A stretch of DNA of 64,000 bases from Felis catus (taxonomy: Eukaryota), in assembly GCF_018350175.1 (NCBI RefSeq), contig NC_058368.1, positions 154,444,001 to 154,508,000 of the forward strand. The letters run 5' to 3'. This document shows positions 52,177 through 64,000 of this stretch, one piece after another (position 1 is the first letter of the stretch; every line of letters starts with the position of its first letter). The notes below the pieces were generated by a model that ran no database searches, was not told where the DNA came from, and saw only the letters and a program-made list of their open reading frames with translations. The translations under genes and the position numbers were made by a program.

Positions 52177-52630
52177 CCCCACCCTTGAGACACAGTGACT
52201 GATTTCCAAATAACAAGAAAAAAAAATAGTAACTTTGCAGTTGAGAAACCTGAAAAACATGATCGTAGCCAAGCAAAGAAAGCTAAGTTGTCAGTGATGT
52301 CCCATGGATGCTTTTTCTCTCTGACACGTGGTAAGAAGGCATCTGTACCCTTTGAGTATTCTTTCCAAAAATTTATAACCCCAGACTATTCTGAGAAAAA
52401 CACTGGATAAACCTAGATTGGGTGACAGTTCTGAAGGATACCCAGCCAGTCAGTATTCCTGAAGACTGTCAAGGTCATGACAAACAAGAAAAGCCTGACA
52501 TGATTTCTTAGTCCAGAGGAGACTAGGGAATCATAATTTAACTGCAATGTGGTTCTGTGGATTGGATCTAGAACAGAAAGAGAACATTCAGAAAGACTGT
52601 TAATTGTGAATGAAGTCTAGAGAAGAGTTA
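52177..52630 (+). mobile_element. Old L1 (L1MC/L1MD-type) 3'UTR fragment
   Basis: gtaactttgcagttgagaaacctg...actgtcaaggtcatgacaaacaagaaaagcctga...tgcaatgtggttctgtggattggatctagaacag. Confidence 0.75.
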
Positions 52631-52660
52631 AAAAAATAAAACACTTTACATATAACTTTA

Positions 52661-52840
52661 TCTTATTTTGTTTCTATTTAAGGTGGGGGAGAGGCACAAA
52701 GGGAGAGAGAAAGAGAATGCCGAGCAGGATCCATGCTCAGCGCAGAGCCCTATGCAGGGCTCGATCCCACCACCCGGGGATCATGACCTGAGGTGAAGTC
52801 AAGAGTCAGACGCTCAACCAACTGAGCCACCCAGGCACCC
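52661..52840 (-). mobile_element. Can-SINE
   Basis: gatcatgacctgaggtgaagtcaagagtcagacgctcaaccaactgagccacccaggcaccc; TSD ttacatataacttta / ttacctataacttta. Confidence 0.95.
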
Positions 52841-53264
52841 TTACCTATAACTTTAAAGTCTAAAAAACTGCTCTATTATATTAGACAAGGGAAACTGTGG
52901 TCTCATCAATGGCCAATCAATTATTAACTATCTAATGGTTAAGAATGAGGGAAACTCAGCATTCCATGTAGCCAGGTCAGTGTCACACAGCAACTAGAGT
53001 GAATACATAACATTCATGTGAATACATTATAAAAGATCTTAAAACATCATCAGTCAGGGGTTTGCAAATTATTTTCTGCAAAACACCAGACATTTCTGAG
53101 GGTAGTGCATTTCAGTTAGAGGGGATGGCATTAGCCACGGCCCCATTTCCAACTCAACTACACTAACATGAAGTCACATAATATTTTATTTCATGAGAGG
53201 GACCCATGGTTTAGAACGTAACAGAAGAAAATCCGTAGGAGAATCAGTGATCCAGGTAACTGCC

Positions 53265-53428
53265 GATTTAACTCTAACATGTATATGAATCACAGGGCAT
53301 CTTATTAAAAGCAGATTCTGATTCAGTAGATCTGGCATGGGGCCAGAGATCTGCATTTCTAACAAGTAATATACCTCCCAGGTGATGAGAACTCTGCTCG
53401 TCAGAGAATAACACCTAAGTAGGAAGGA
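53265..53428. mobile_element. MER5-like hAT MITE
   Basis: gaatcacagggcatcttattaaaagcagattctgattcagtagatctgg...tctgcatttctaacaag...cccaggtgatg. Confidence 0.75.
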
Positions 53429-54389
53429 TCCAGATCAAAATTTTAAACTATTTTCTTAACCACAAATTTCACAGAGGAAAGTCTGCTATTATTTTTAGTG
53501 GGTTTTGTGATTTCGACTAACATACACCAATCATTCATAGTTAGCTGCTTTTTGGTTAGATAAATTATGAAAATTGAGTTTTCTGAGCTACAGTCCTATC
53601 CATCCCTGATGGCTCAGTACCCCTAATCTCATTCTTATTTTTCATAACAACTCCTAGACCCTTGACCTATCCAGCCAACTTCCCTAAACCATCTTCTCAT
53701 CCATCTCATTGTAGAACCAGTCATTTCAACATGAAATTGGACCCAATTTTCTCATGCCAAATACATTTTATCATATCACATTCTAAGCCCAGTCTCAGGA
53801 AGTAAGCACTATCAATTACATCTTCATGGAAAAAGGAAACAAAGCAGGTATTTGGGATTTTTACAAACTCGCGCTTTTGTATTTCATGTGGACATTTGCC
53901 TCTCATTTAAAAGTGTACTTCATGTTGACTGTTAGTACATTCTCCATGGGGTTATTGCAATCTTTCTGTACCCTCAAAAGCCAAATTTTATTCCAAATCA
54001 TTTAATAATCAATCTTATTTTCTGCTTCCCAAGACTGAAATTCCCGAGTGTCTAACATCTATCTCTCAATCCTGATACTCTCTCAAAGTACTGAACAATA
54101 CTTTTCCTTCTGAACTATCCAGGCATCCCATCAGTTTTGTGTACGTATCACTACCTGCCCTTGAGTGAAATTGTTCTCCAGAAGGTCACCAACCACTATG
54201 TGCCAGTTCCAATCACATTCTCTTTGCTTAGTTCAGCATCTGACACCATGGGATAGCTACTTTTTGGAATAGTTGTGGGTTTCTTCAATTTCAGATTTCT
54301 TTATGAGCTTCTACCCAGTTATTTTATATTTGCTTCCCCCCCCTGCCACTTTTACTATCAATTTTGAAAAAAAAAATATTTTGACCTGT

Positions 54390-54600
54390 AAAATTCAATT
54401 GCTTGGTTTTGAATCTTTATCATTTTTGAGCTTTATTATTTTAAGCAGTTTGCTTCACTTTATGTGCTTTAATGTGTTTATCTGTAAAATCATGGTGATA
54501 TTGGTTCTTTTTCATATGGTTGCCTTACGGATTAAATAAGTTAATATATATAAAATGAGTAGAATGATGCCTGACAGTAAGTTGTAGATGAATGTAAATT
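54390..54600 (+). mobile_element. MIR
   Basis: aagcagtttgcttcactttatgtgcttt...atctgtaaaatcatggtgata...gattaaataagttaatatatataaa...atgcctgacagtaag. Confidence 0.65.
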
Positions 54601-54699
54601 AGTCCTATAATCTTTCTGCAGTCATTCTTTTGGACAGTTTATCTACCCTCACTTCATCAACCATCTCCATATAGCCAACTCACATCTGTGTGCGTTTCT

Positions 54700-54929
54700 A
54701 ACTCAGTTTCTCAGTATCACCACTAGTGACGTTTAAAACTAGATATTTATTAATGTACAGCTGTCCTGTACATGACAGCTGTCCTGTACATTGCAGCACG
54801 GTTAGCAGGATCTTTAGCCTTTATCTACAAGAAGCCAGTATCAACGTTGGTTGTAAACCAAAACACTGCCCCCAGATATTGCCAAATATCCTCTGGGGGT
54901 CAAAAATCACCCCCCTGTGAGAACCACTG
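54700..54929 (-). mobile_element. MER20 with an 18-bp tandem duplication
   Basis: acagctgtcctgtacat twice; ccagatattgccaaatatcctctgggggtcaaaaatcacccccc...gagaaccactg. Confidence 0.8.
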
Positions 54930-55269
54930 TTATAATCCCTTTCTGTATAAGGTTATCGTTATATGGATGTCTCTTTGGTGCTTCAGTATATGTCCAAAGG
55001 TGAGTTTAGCATATTTTGGTAGACAAGCAGTACATATTATCTTACCTAAATAAGATAGAAAATACATAATAATTTTTATTTTTCTCTCCCTTGCTCTCTA
55101 CTAGTCAGTCTACTAAATTGTGTTAAATATGTAATCCTAATATTTTCACCATTTAACCCGTATGTAATACCACTCAAATTACCAGAATCGGTCCCTCATT
55201 CTTTCCAAAGAGTTCTTCTGACACCCACTCAGCGGTAGATATACTTACTCTAGCGAAAAGACAAAGATC

Positions 55270-55720
55270 CAGTCATCACAGACCTTATGTTCTCGTGGAG
55301 GAAATAAATAATAAACAAGCAAACTGATAAATAAATGGTGTGCATGTGAGTAGTAATATACGCCACAAAGGAAATAAAGAAGGGTAAGGGGAGGGAAGAT
55401 AATTGAAAAATGGTGTATTCATTAGGGTATTAGTAAGGGGAGCTTGGAGAAGGTGGCATTCCAGCTCCTCCTGTGAAGAGCCTAACTGTACAAAAATTGG
55501 GGGATGGCAGCAGCAGAAATAAATGCTTTGGGGTGGCAATGAACTTGGCATTTACACGACAGAGCAGCAAGTTCAGGGTGTTGGCAATTATTCAATGTAT
55601 GGGGCATCGGTCCAGGTTGGATTTGAAAGGAAAGACAGGAACCAGATTCTAAAATAAATACACCAGCCAAAATTCCTTCATGTTGCAAAAAATGCAAAGA
55701 GGATGAGATGGATCTAATCT
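55270..55720 (-). mobile_element. L2 fragment
   Basis: ttatgttctcgtggaggaaataaataataaacaagcaaac...gagaaggtggcatt...gaacttggcatttac. Confidence 0.6.
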
Positions 55721-57639
55721 GATGAAATTTTACTAAGTCACTTGATTTCTCTGACTTTCATATTTTTAACTATTTTGAGTTTTTAGCTGACTGTAAAACT
55801 TAATTATGCATTGTGTTGGGAATTGTGTATAACATATGAATATATTTAAGCAAATATATTCATGTATTTTATAAAAATTCTCCATTTTAGAAGTTATACT
55901 CAACTTCTAGTTTAGAAGAAAGCCAACATTCATGTTAAGTTCATCAAATTTAGACAATTCTGTAAATAAATACACATCCTAAGATATTTCAAAAGCTTTT
56001 GAAAGGCATAATATTTTCATATAATTATGACAGCATTAAAATTCTCCATGAAAAACATGTGAGTTTTAGTCTAATGCTATTGAATTAGCTTTAAAAATTC
56101 AAGGTATGAGGCTAGAGAAATGATTGCAACACAGCAATTACACATGGCACTTAAGTTCCGTAAATGCTTTAACGTGTAACATACTTTTGAAAATCAGTAT
56201 GGTCCAAAAAATTAGCTCTGAATGCTAGCGGTGCCCGAAACAATGGCTAAAATTAAGGGTGTGCCAATGTCTTGCCTTCGACACTTATTTTGTGTTGCCT
56301 CCAAACTCTCCTTTCCCCTGCTTTAAGAGTTTATGATCCAAACACTCAAACCACCTTTGGGTAAAAGTACAATTAAAAAAAAAAAAACCTGCTTGGGATC
56401 AATTTTGTTAAATCTTCATTTCTTTGTCTTTGTTCCATAGTTATTCTTTTGTTGTCTTTGCTTTTTAGACTTGAGATATAATCGAAGAGTAGCGTGTGCT
56501 CGATTTCTACAGATGAAGGGGTGAGTTAAGGACATAGTGGCAGACCTAATTTAGAATTCTCCTACTTTTGTATACTTAAGTCAAATCCTTAACTGAATTC
56601 TAACACAGAGTTTGTTATTTACAGATGCCCTCATTAGCCTCTCTCTCGCTGTGGAGACAGATACCTTCTTTGCTTCTATTAGTTCTCACCAGATTAAATT
56701 ACTTGCATCAAGGCACTATTACACTTCCACTGGAGCTAGTGCTGTGTAGCAAAACAACACCGGTAGGGAGTGAATGGTTATCAAGAGAAAGTTTACTTTC
56801 AGTGTTAAGAATTAATTTAGCCGAATTGGTGCAGTGAAAGTGGTAAACACAATCCCCTCACTGGTGTTTGTCAGGGTGTGTTATATCACCCTGGATTGCT
56901 TTGTCAATAATCTGCCTGGCCTGCAAGCTAAAAATCTAAGATTGCTCGGATGACTGACAGGCTGGAGATAGCTGATAATTCTAAGGAATTGGAGGTGTAA
57001 AATCTTCAAGGACCATGTCTACAGTATAAATGCCAGGGTATCTCCACATCACTCTGTACTTACAAAGGCAACAGCATTGTTAATGGCAGCCTGTCTGTCC
57101 ATCAAGTTTGCTACCGGCGGATTTATCCCTTTTTCACTCCTTATCTTTCTTTGCTGTGTTTATTTCGAAACCAGCTGCAGAATAAATTGCCTCTTGTCTT
57201 CACCTCCTACACTGAGTACAATGATATGTTCTGTAAAGCTTAAAATCATGGTGTTTTTCAAGCACTCCTTTTTCAGAACACTGACTTCTAATTTTGTTTG
57301 TTTATGAATATGTATTTTTTTTCCTCCTATGGAGGTTTTCAGCAGAACACTAAAAATGACTCTTATTTACTTGATGAGTGCTCAGGCTCCAGATAAAGGT
57401 GTATATGTGATATTTCATAGAAAAGAAACAAATAGAATTGAGATAACCATTTTGTTACTGTCGTGAATAATTCATTAGATCTGTTTTAATCAAATTATTA
57501 AAATTAGTAAACAGTGGAATAATTTGGAAATATAAAGTATACAAATAGAACTTGATATATAAATAGAGATATATTTCTATGAAACAGTTTTCAGCATTTA
57601 ATCAAGTGTAAAGTATCCACCCTTGATGCACATCTACCC

Positions 57640-58470
57640 ATTTGCACTTTTCCAACTTAGGACTGAGAGGGAAGAACAGGATTGTGGTTGGGAACATATA
57701 AAGATTGAAATTAGAGTTTACGTAAAATGCCCAACTTCTGCTTTTATCCAAACCTTCCTGTTTTGCTGGTAGCCAATCACTTTGGGAACATTTGATTAAT
57801 CTTACTAAAGGTGATTATACATATGCTTTATGAACCAACAACTTCTCTCCCAAAGATATACAGGTATACCTTATCCAAAAGAAACGTAAAAGAACATGAG
57901 CAGTCAATCATCAAAACCAAACAATGCCCATAAAATATGTATGCAAAATACATATACACAAAATATGGCACATGTATAAAGCTTTTTAATATGGGTAAAA
58001 TAAAAACAATGTAAGTGTTCATTAACACTAGAATGGATAAATTGTGCCATCTCTCTCTCTCTCTATATATATAGAGAGATGATAGATATAGATACAGATA
58101 TAGATACAGATATAAGTTTTTTTTTTAGTCCAATGCAATATTATGTAGCAATGAAAGTCAAGAAAATACAGCTATGCATAACACATAGCCAAAGCTCACA
58201 AACAATTATGAGCCAAAGAAACGGGGCACACATTCAACGATTCACTCCAAGTTCAAACCTAGTCATAACTAATGAACTAGAAGTGACCACAGGGACATGG
58301 GCTGGGCATGAAGCAATCTCAGGAATTCTGATAATATACTGTTTCTTCAGATGGGTGCTGGTTACATGTTGGGTTTGTTTGTTGGGTTAAAACTCATCAA
58401 GATATACACTTATTATATGTGAACTTTTCTGTGTCTATATTAATAGTTCACAAAGTTTAACATTTAAAAA
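57640..58470 (+). mobile_element. Old L1 (L1ME-like) 3' fragment
   Basis: aacaacttctctcccaaagatatac...gaatggataaattgtg...aaactcatcaagatatacacttattatatgtgaacttttctgtg. Confidence 0.65.
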
Positions 58471-59078
58471 GTGTCCCTATCTTCAGTCAGCGCTTGTAAC
58501 TACTTATTAAGTTGTAATTGTCAGGCATGTCCCCTATTCTCTCTAAAAGTTCTTTGCAGAGGGAGATACAAGTAAGAAAAAAGGGAAAGTGGACTTTGAG
58601 TAACAAAGAGTTCTCTACTAATCCACTGACATTTAGCCACACACACATACACACTCATCTGTGTATATTTAAGTCAACTTGGAGCCTCCTAAATTGGTAA
58701 GTAATGAAGCAAACATTTATCAGTCATTATTTTGCAACATAAAAAATTCTTGAATTCTGCTAATTATTTCACAGGCAATAGGCAGTCATTTTTACTCAGG
58801 CTGGTTATTATATGCACCATCAGAAATAACATTCATTCATTTATTCATTCGTTCCTCAAATCTTTTTGAGAAATGTTATGCTAGGGCCAAGAATGTGAAA
58901 GTAAGATGCAGACTCCTTGCCTTTCCATGGAATGATTTTTTTTTTTTAAATAAACCTGTCAGCTGTTTATTACCTATCAGCATTTTAAGTGCTATTTCAG
59001 GATGTCCCATTGCTTGACTAAAGAAGATGACCAATGGTTTATTTCCATTTTTAAAGTATGATCATTATGACATAAATT

Positions 59079-59403
59079 ATGTAGCTTGGGCTGCTATAAT
59101 AAAACTCCACTTGTAGAGGTGGGAAGCCCAAGATTAAGCTGATTGCTGATTCGGTTTCTGGTGAGAGCCCTGTTCCTGGCTTGAAGATGACCAAATTCTC
59201 ACTGTAACCTCACACAGCTGAGAAAGATTTGTCTCGTTTCTGGTCTTTTCTTCTAAGAGCACTAATCCCACTATGAGGACCTCACTCTCATGACCTCAAC
59301 TATACTCATTTACCACAAAGGCCCCATCCCAAAATACTACTATATTGGAGTTAGGGCTTCAACATAAGAATTGGAGGGAGGGATATAGACATTCAGTTCA
59401 TAA
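59079..59403 (-). mobile_element. MLT1A-like MaLR solo LTR
   Basis: gggctgctataataaaa...ttctggtgagagccctgttcctggcttgaagatg...cactaatcccac...tagggcttcaacataagaatt...acattcagttcata. Confidence 0.85.
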
Positions 59404-59915
59404 AAGAGGCAATTATTGGGTGATGACATATTTTAAAAGAACTGTCTTTGCCCCTATGAGCTTCTGGCCATTATGTCATTGCCCTCCCTCCTTCCTCACC
59501 TTCTTGTCTTTAACAATGACATTAAAAAATAGTAAAGAATGTATTTTCTAATTCTAATTCATTTTATACCTGTGACAGTAATTAAGCGGGCAAATTCATT
59601 ACTATCATTACCACTAGACTTTTCTCATTACCACTGCTTTGATATAAAGTAAATGAACAATTACAATAGAAATCCATTATCAAAATTGTCTTGTATGTAA
59701 AAAATGATTTTATTCTTCAAAATGATATCCTCTCAAACAATCAGATTAACTGGAAGATGTAGTTTCTAGACTTTAAAATTTGAACTTAACTTTTAGTTAA
59801 TATTTTGAGTGTAAAAACCAAGGTATCATTACAGATCTGTTGTTTTCAAAGTTTTAATAATTATTTTTAACGTAAAAATATTTTATGAATAAAAAAAATT
59901 AAAAAAAAAAAAAAA

Positions 59916-60134
59916 GGGGCGCCTGGGTGGCGCAGTCGGTTAAGCGTCCGACTTCAGCCAGGTCACGATCTCGCGGTCTGTGAGTTCGAGCCCCGCATCA
60001 GGCTCTGGGCTGATGGCTCAGAGCCTGGAGCCTGTTTCCGGTTCTGTGTCTCCCTCTCTCTCTGCCCCTCCCCCGTTCATGCTCTGTCTCTCTCTGTCCC
60101 CAAAAAATAAATAAACGTTGAAAAAAAAATTAAA
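59916..60134 (+). mobile_element. Young feline SINEC_Fc
   Basis: ggggcgcctgggtggcgcagtcggttaagcgtccgacttcagccaggtcacgatctcgcgg (CpGs intact); TSD aaaaatattttatgaata at 59874-59891 and 60135-60152. Confidence 0.97.
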
Positions 60135-61267
60135 AAAAATATTTTATGAATATTTACCCTATTTAATCTTGAACAAACATTTTTTTTTCTGGTAGAGTTA
60201 TTTTTATTTATAACAACACAGAGTTAGATTCACCTATGACTCATTTCAGTTGTGTTAACAATTCTACCTCACCATTAAACCAACCATACTCACTCAATAT
60301 ATTTAATTCCTTAAATAATGTTTCACTGTATTTCATCGATGCCGAACTGAAAAACAAGTCTGGGACGTTTGGATTACATAGCTTTAAACATCCAACTGTT
60401 GGAAGATGAAAACTATGATGTGCATCTAGCTGTGTACTTTTGGAGCTGTTGCAGTAAAATCAGAATAGATATGAAGCAAACCTTTTAATCACACAAGCTT
60501 ACTATATATTTTTTTATCTCAATGGTTTCAGAATTAATACTTTAGCATGTTTGTCTACAGACTGAACACTGAAGATAATGATTTTTTTTCTTCTCTTGGG
60601 CTTTGAGCAAGTTGTAGAGCATCATGGGAAGGTGCATCATCATGAAATGACAATAGCAATAATCTCAAAACAGTGGCCCAGGAAGACACAACCAGTAGGA
60701 TGTAGGTGGCATTCTAAAAAAAAAATCCAAATTGTTATCTCCAATATTCCTGTGAATGCTAGCAGATAATAATGGCTGGTAAGACTTAATAAAGGATATA
60801 GAAGAGCATTCCAGGTGAGAGAACCTGATATACATCCATATGGAGATGACAGAGGTGTCCAAAGAACTTTGATTAGACCAGCTGGGCAAACAAACAGACC
60901 TAACTTAAAAGAGAGTAAAAGAAAAGGAAGGACAGGTAAGGAGAGAGATAGTTTTAGAATAAATTTGGCCAGAGAGAAACTATTGAAAATATCTCACTAT
61001 AAAAGTGACTTAAAAATGGTATTTTTTTAGGTGTTCATCTAAAGGCATTCAACAAAGATAATGAACCTTCAGGAGAAGACATGAGCAGAGAAAGACTTTT
61101 AAGTAGCTATTGCTATATCTCAGACTAAAGTTGACCTACAGAGCCTGAGCAATGTCCATGTTAGTTGAATAAAAGACCAGAGAAAATTTAAGAACAGTTG
61201 ACTCAACTGAAGAGTAAATTTTGTTGATTTGTATCAGGAATAGTTTTTTTAAAAATACATGTTGTAA

Positions 61268-61472
61268 GGGGCGCCTGGGTGGCTCTGTCGGTTAAGCGGC
61301 TGACTTCGGCTCAGGTCATGATCTCACGGTTTGTGGGTTCGAGCCCTGCATCGGGCTCTGTGCTGACAGCTCAGAGCCTGGAGCCTGTTTCAGATTCTGT
61401 GTCTCCCTCTCTCTCTGCCCCTCCCCTACTCACACTTTGTCTCCCTCTGTCTCAAAAATAAATAAACATTAA
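61268..61472 (+). mobile_element. Feline SINEC_Fc2-like SINE
   Basis: Perfect TSD aaaaatacatgttgtaa at 61251-61267 and 61473-61489. Confidence 0.97.
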
Positions 61473-61826
61473 AAAAATACATGTTGTAAGAACTAGGCAA
61501 AGTAATGTACACCATTATGGATATCACATATAATATAATATATGGGAAATATTGAACTTTTTGTACTTCTATTATGTAGAAAATTTGCCAGCATACTATC
61601 TTTATGGTTTAGGATTCACATAATATTTCAACCATATATAACTATTTCATAATAATGTAAAAAGTCTTCACATGGATAGACTCTATGATGAATACCAGTA
61701 AGCCTATATAGCCAAATCTGCCCTATAACAAATTGCAGCGCAGTGACCTTAAGCAAGAATGCCTCTTTAGGACTAATTTCTTAATCTGTAAATTGGTGAC
61801 AAAAATGGTATTTACCTCTAGGGTTG

Positions 61827-62519
61827 TATCAGTTATTACTATGCAGCTGTGAAGGTCAACTGGCATTTTTAACATGGTACCTGGAAATCTGCTTCTCCAA
61901 AGAGCTATCTTATACTTAAAAGCAGTTGATAATCTTGCCAATTGTTTTACTACAAACATGAGCCATCAATCTTTCCATCTTCCAATAGTGGTTTCCCCAC
62001 TGCATTCTCAACCCCCAATAACAATGTCCTTTTTCCTTCCCAGCCATTACTCTACCCGGTTCTAAAGCAAATGTTACATGATTTAGGTTTCTGAAGGGGC
62101 CCACCCATTTCCTCAAAACTTAGGGTCTTGAAACAAAAGGAGGTTACTGTTTTTCACAGTTCCTAGATTAAATCCCAGTGGTATTGCCTGTGCTTACTCA
62201 TGACACTTCTTTCAGATGGTGAGTTGGACGGGGGCTGGACTCAGCTAGGCTGGCTGGGCTTTACTCTCCTTGAGGGTCTTTCATCTTTAAGACGATTGGA
62301 CCAGGCTTCTTCACTTTGTGATAATAGCAGCAGTCCAAGAGGGCAAGCTCCAAAGTCCAAGCACTTTTCAAGCCTCCATCTCCAACCCCTATACTAATGT
62401 CACACTGTTCAAGTGAGTTGCACTGCCAAAGCTAGAGCCAGTACTAGAAGGGACTACAAAAGAGAATGTTATGTTTTATTGGCAGGCATTACTATACCAA
62501 AATACCTCAATGGCCTACA
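61827..62519 (-). mobile_element. Ancient MaLR LTR (MLT1I/J-like) inserted into a MIR (MIR halves at ~61700-61826 and ~62520-62835)
   Basis: cctcaaaacttagggtcttgaaacaa...ccaggcttcttcac...ccaagagggcaagctcc...cttttcaagcctc; MIR text gaccttaagcaag...atctgtaaattgg...tacctctagggttgt resumes as aaggataaaataatgcata. Confidence 0.55.
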
Positions 62520-62578
62520 ACAAGGATAAAATAATGCATAGGAAATACTAGCATATGCCTAATAAATAGTAGGTGCTA

Positions 62579-62799
62579 GGGGCGCCTGGGTGGTGCAGTC
62601 GGTTAAGCGTCCGACTTCAGCCAGGTCACGATCTCGCGGTCCGTGAGTTCGAGCCCCGCGTCGGGCTCTGGGCTGATGGCTCAGAGCCTGGAGCCTGTTT
62701 CCCATTCTGTGTGTCCCTCTCTCTCTGCCCCTCCCCCATTCATGCTCTGTCTCTCTCTGTCCCAAAAATAAATAAACGTTGAAAAAAAAAATTAAAAAA
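62579..62799 (+). mobile_element. Young feline SINEC_Fc
   Basis: Near-consensus body with CpGs; perfect TSD aaatagtaggtgcta at 62564-62578 and 62800-62814. Confidence 0.97.
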
Positions 62800-64000
62800 A
62801 AATAGTAGGTGCTAAATAGATGTTAACTACTATTAAAACCTTAGTAATGGTTTCCATAATTGTGTATTTTTTAACTGTCAATCTTACCAAAGAGCTACTT
62901 TACTTTTTCTTTATAAACTTGACCTAACAGTTTTCCTATGGATTACTTCTGTTCTTAAGCCAACACCTGTTTTGACACAAGACTTGGTATTTGGATTCAG
63001 CTCCTAAAGTTAATTCCAGTTTTGAAATATATCAATAAAAATTAGATATTTCATTGAAGATTCCTTAGGGCAACAGACAAGACAGTTTACACTATACATC
63101 ACATCACAGAAACTTAATTAAATTTCCCTTAAAATTTCCTCTTCTCCCCCAAATTCTTCTGTCCTATCATCTGCTTTATCTCCTCTCTAATAAGCCTCCA
63201 AATCCTTTCCCTTTGCCTCCACACTTCAGCTCCCATCCTCATCAAGTATCCATTACTCAGGTAGACAAAAGTCAGATGGGTAGCCTTAATTAACATCCTA
63301 TCTTTTTCTTTTCCAGTATGCCTCCAACCATATATCTCTAACCTTTTCAAGGAGAATAGGGAAAAATTTCAGATGTTCAAGTCAAATATTATTTAAAATA
63401 AAGAAAAACAACTTTAAACAAAAAAAAATATTAAGAATTAGACTAATATAATGCATGGCTGATGCTCAGGATATAGAGACAAACAAGGTAGTTTCACCAA
63501 AATTATTAGCTTTCATGTCTGGCCCTAAACAAAGCCCTAAGATAAATGGGCGAACACACACACATTCAAAGTGCTTCAGGAACACAAAGTAGGAAGCATT
63601 TGGAAATGTCAGCAACATGAGCTCTTACTCTAAAAAGACTCAGCATTGTGTATTGGTAGTGACATGCACAGTACTTTCTTGAAACTCTACTTATTAAGAG
63701 TGTTTTCTTCAGTGTCTCTCTTTCTTACTCTCTATGTGAACTTGAACTAATTGTCTCTGTTGTATACTAACTGCAGACCCTTCTTTAATCCCTGACACAG
63801 AATCAAGCTCACAGTTTCTACTCTCAACACCTGCTATTACCCTTTCCTTCAAATAGGCCATTTATCCTGACAGTAAGTAAACCTTTCTGGGAAGTATTCC
63901 TTGTGGAACTGTAGTTTGTCTTTCAGATTATCTGAAAGATCAAATTTTAAGTTCTTCTTTGATACTAAACATAGGTCTTTTCTTTCTATGAAAAAGCTTA

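Noticed and set aside
56625..56762. Possible 138-nt exon (ttacag|ATG...CCG|gtaggg) in ORF 56625-56837
   Set aside because: Weak polypyrimidine tract and donor, unrecognised peptide, no partner exons

Overview
AT-rich, repeat-dense mammalian non-coding DNA (intergenic or deep intronic), almost certainly from a cat-family (Felidae) genome: it carries about 22 carnivore tRNA-derived Can-SINEs, two of them near-consensus young feline SINEC_Fc copies. I found no protein-coding gene, functional RNA gene or CpG island. The ORF track is explained by degenerate LINE-1 ORF2 fragments, hAT transposase fossils, SINEs and microsatellites. Other content: several LINE-1s (one young 5'-truncated copy with a perfect 17-bp TSD), Charlie1- and Zaphod-type hAT fossils, MER20/MER58/MER33/MER5 MITEs, MaLR/ERVL LTRs, MIR/L2 relics and many STRs. 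The most unusual signals are (1) a multi-switch templated insertion inside a (TA)n tract at about 40.0-40.2 kb, assembled from two unique segments 2-2.5 kb upstream; (2) a 27-bp-stem fold-back hairpin created inside a MIR; (3) a young SINE with an extra SINE-type A-tail 5' of its head but inside the TSD; (4) repeat-free enhancer-like blocks, one with five MEIS-type TGACAG sites. I see no evidence of a novel multi-gene system. Repeat family names come from recalled consensus sequences, not a database search, and the boundaries of old repeats are approximate.
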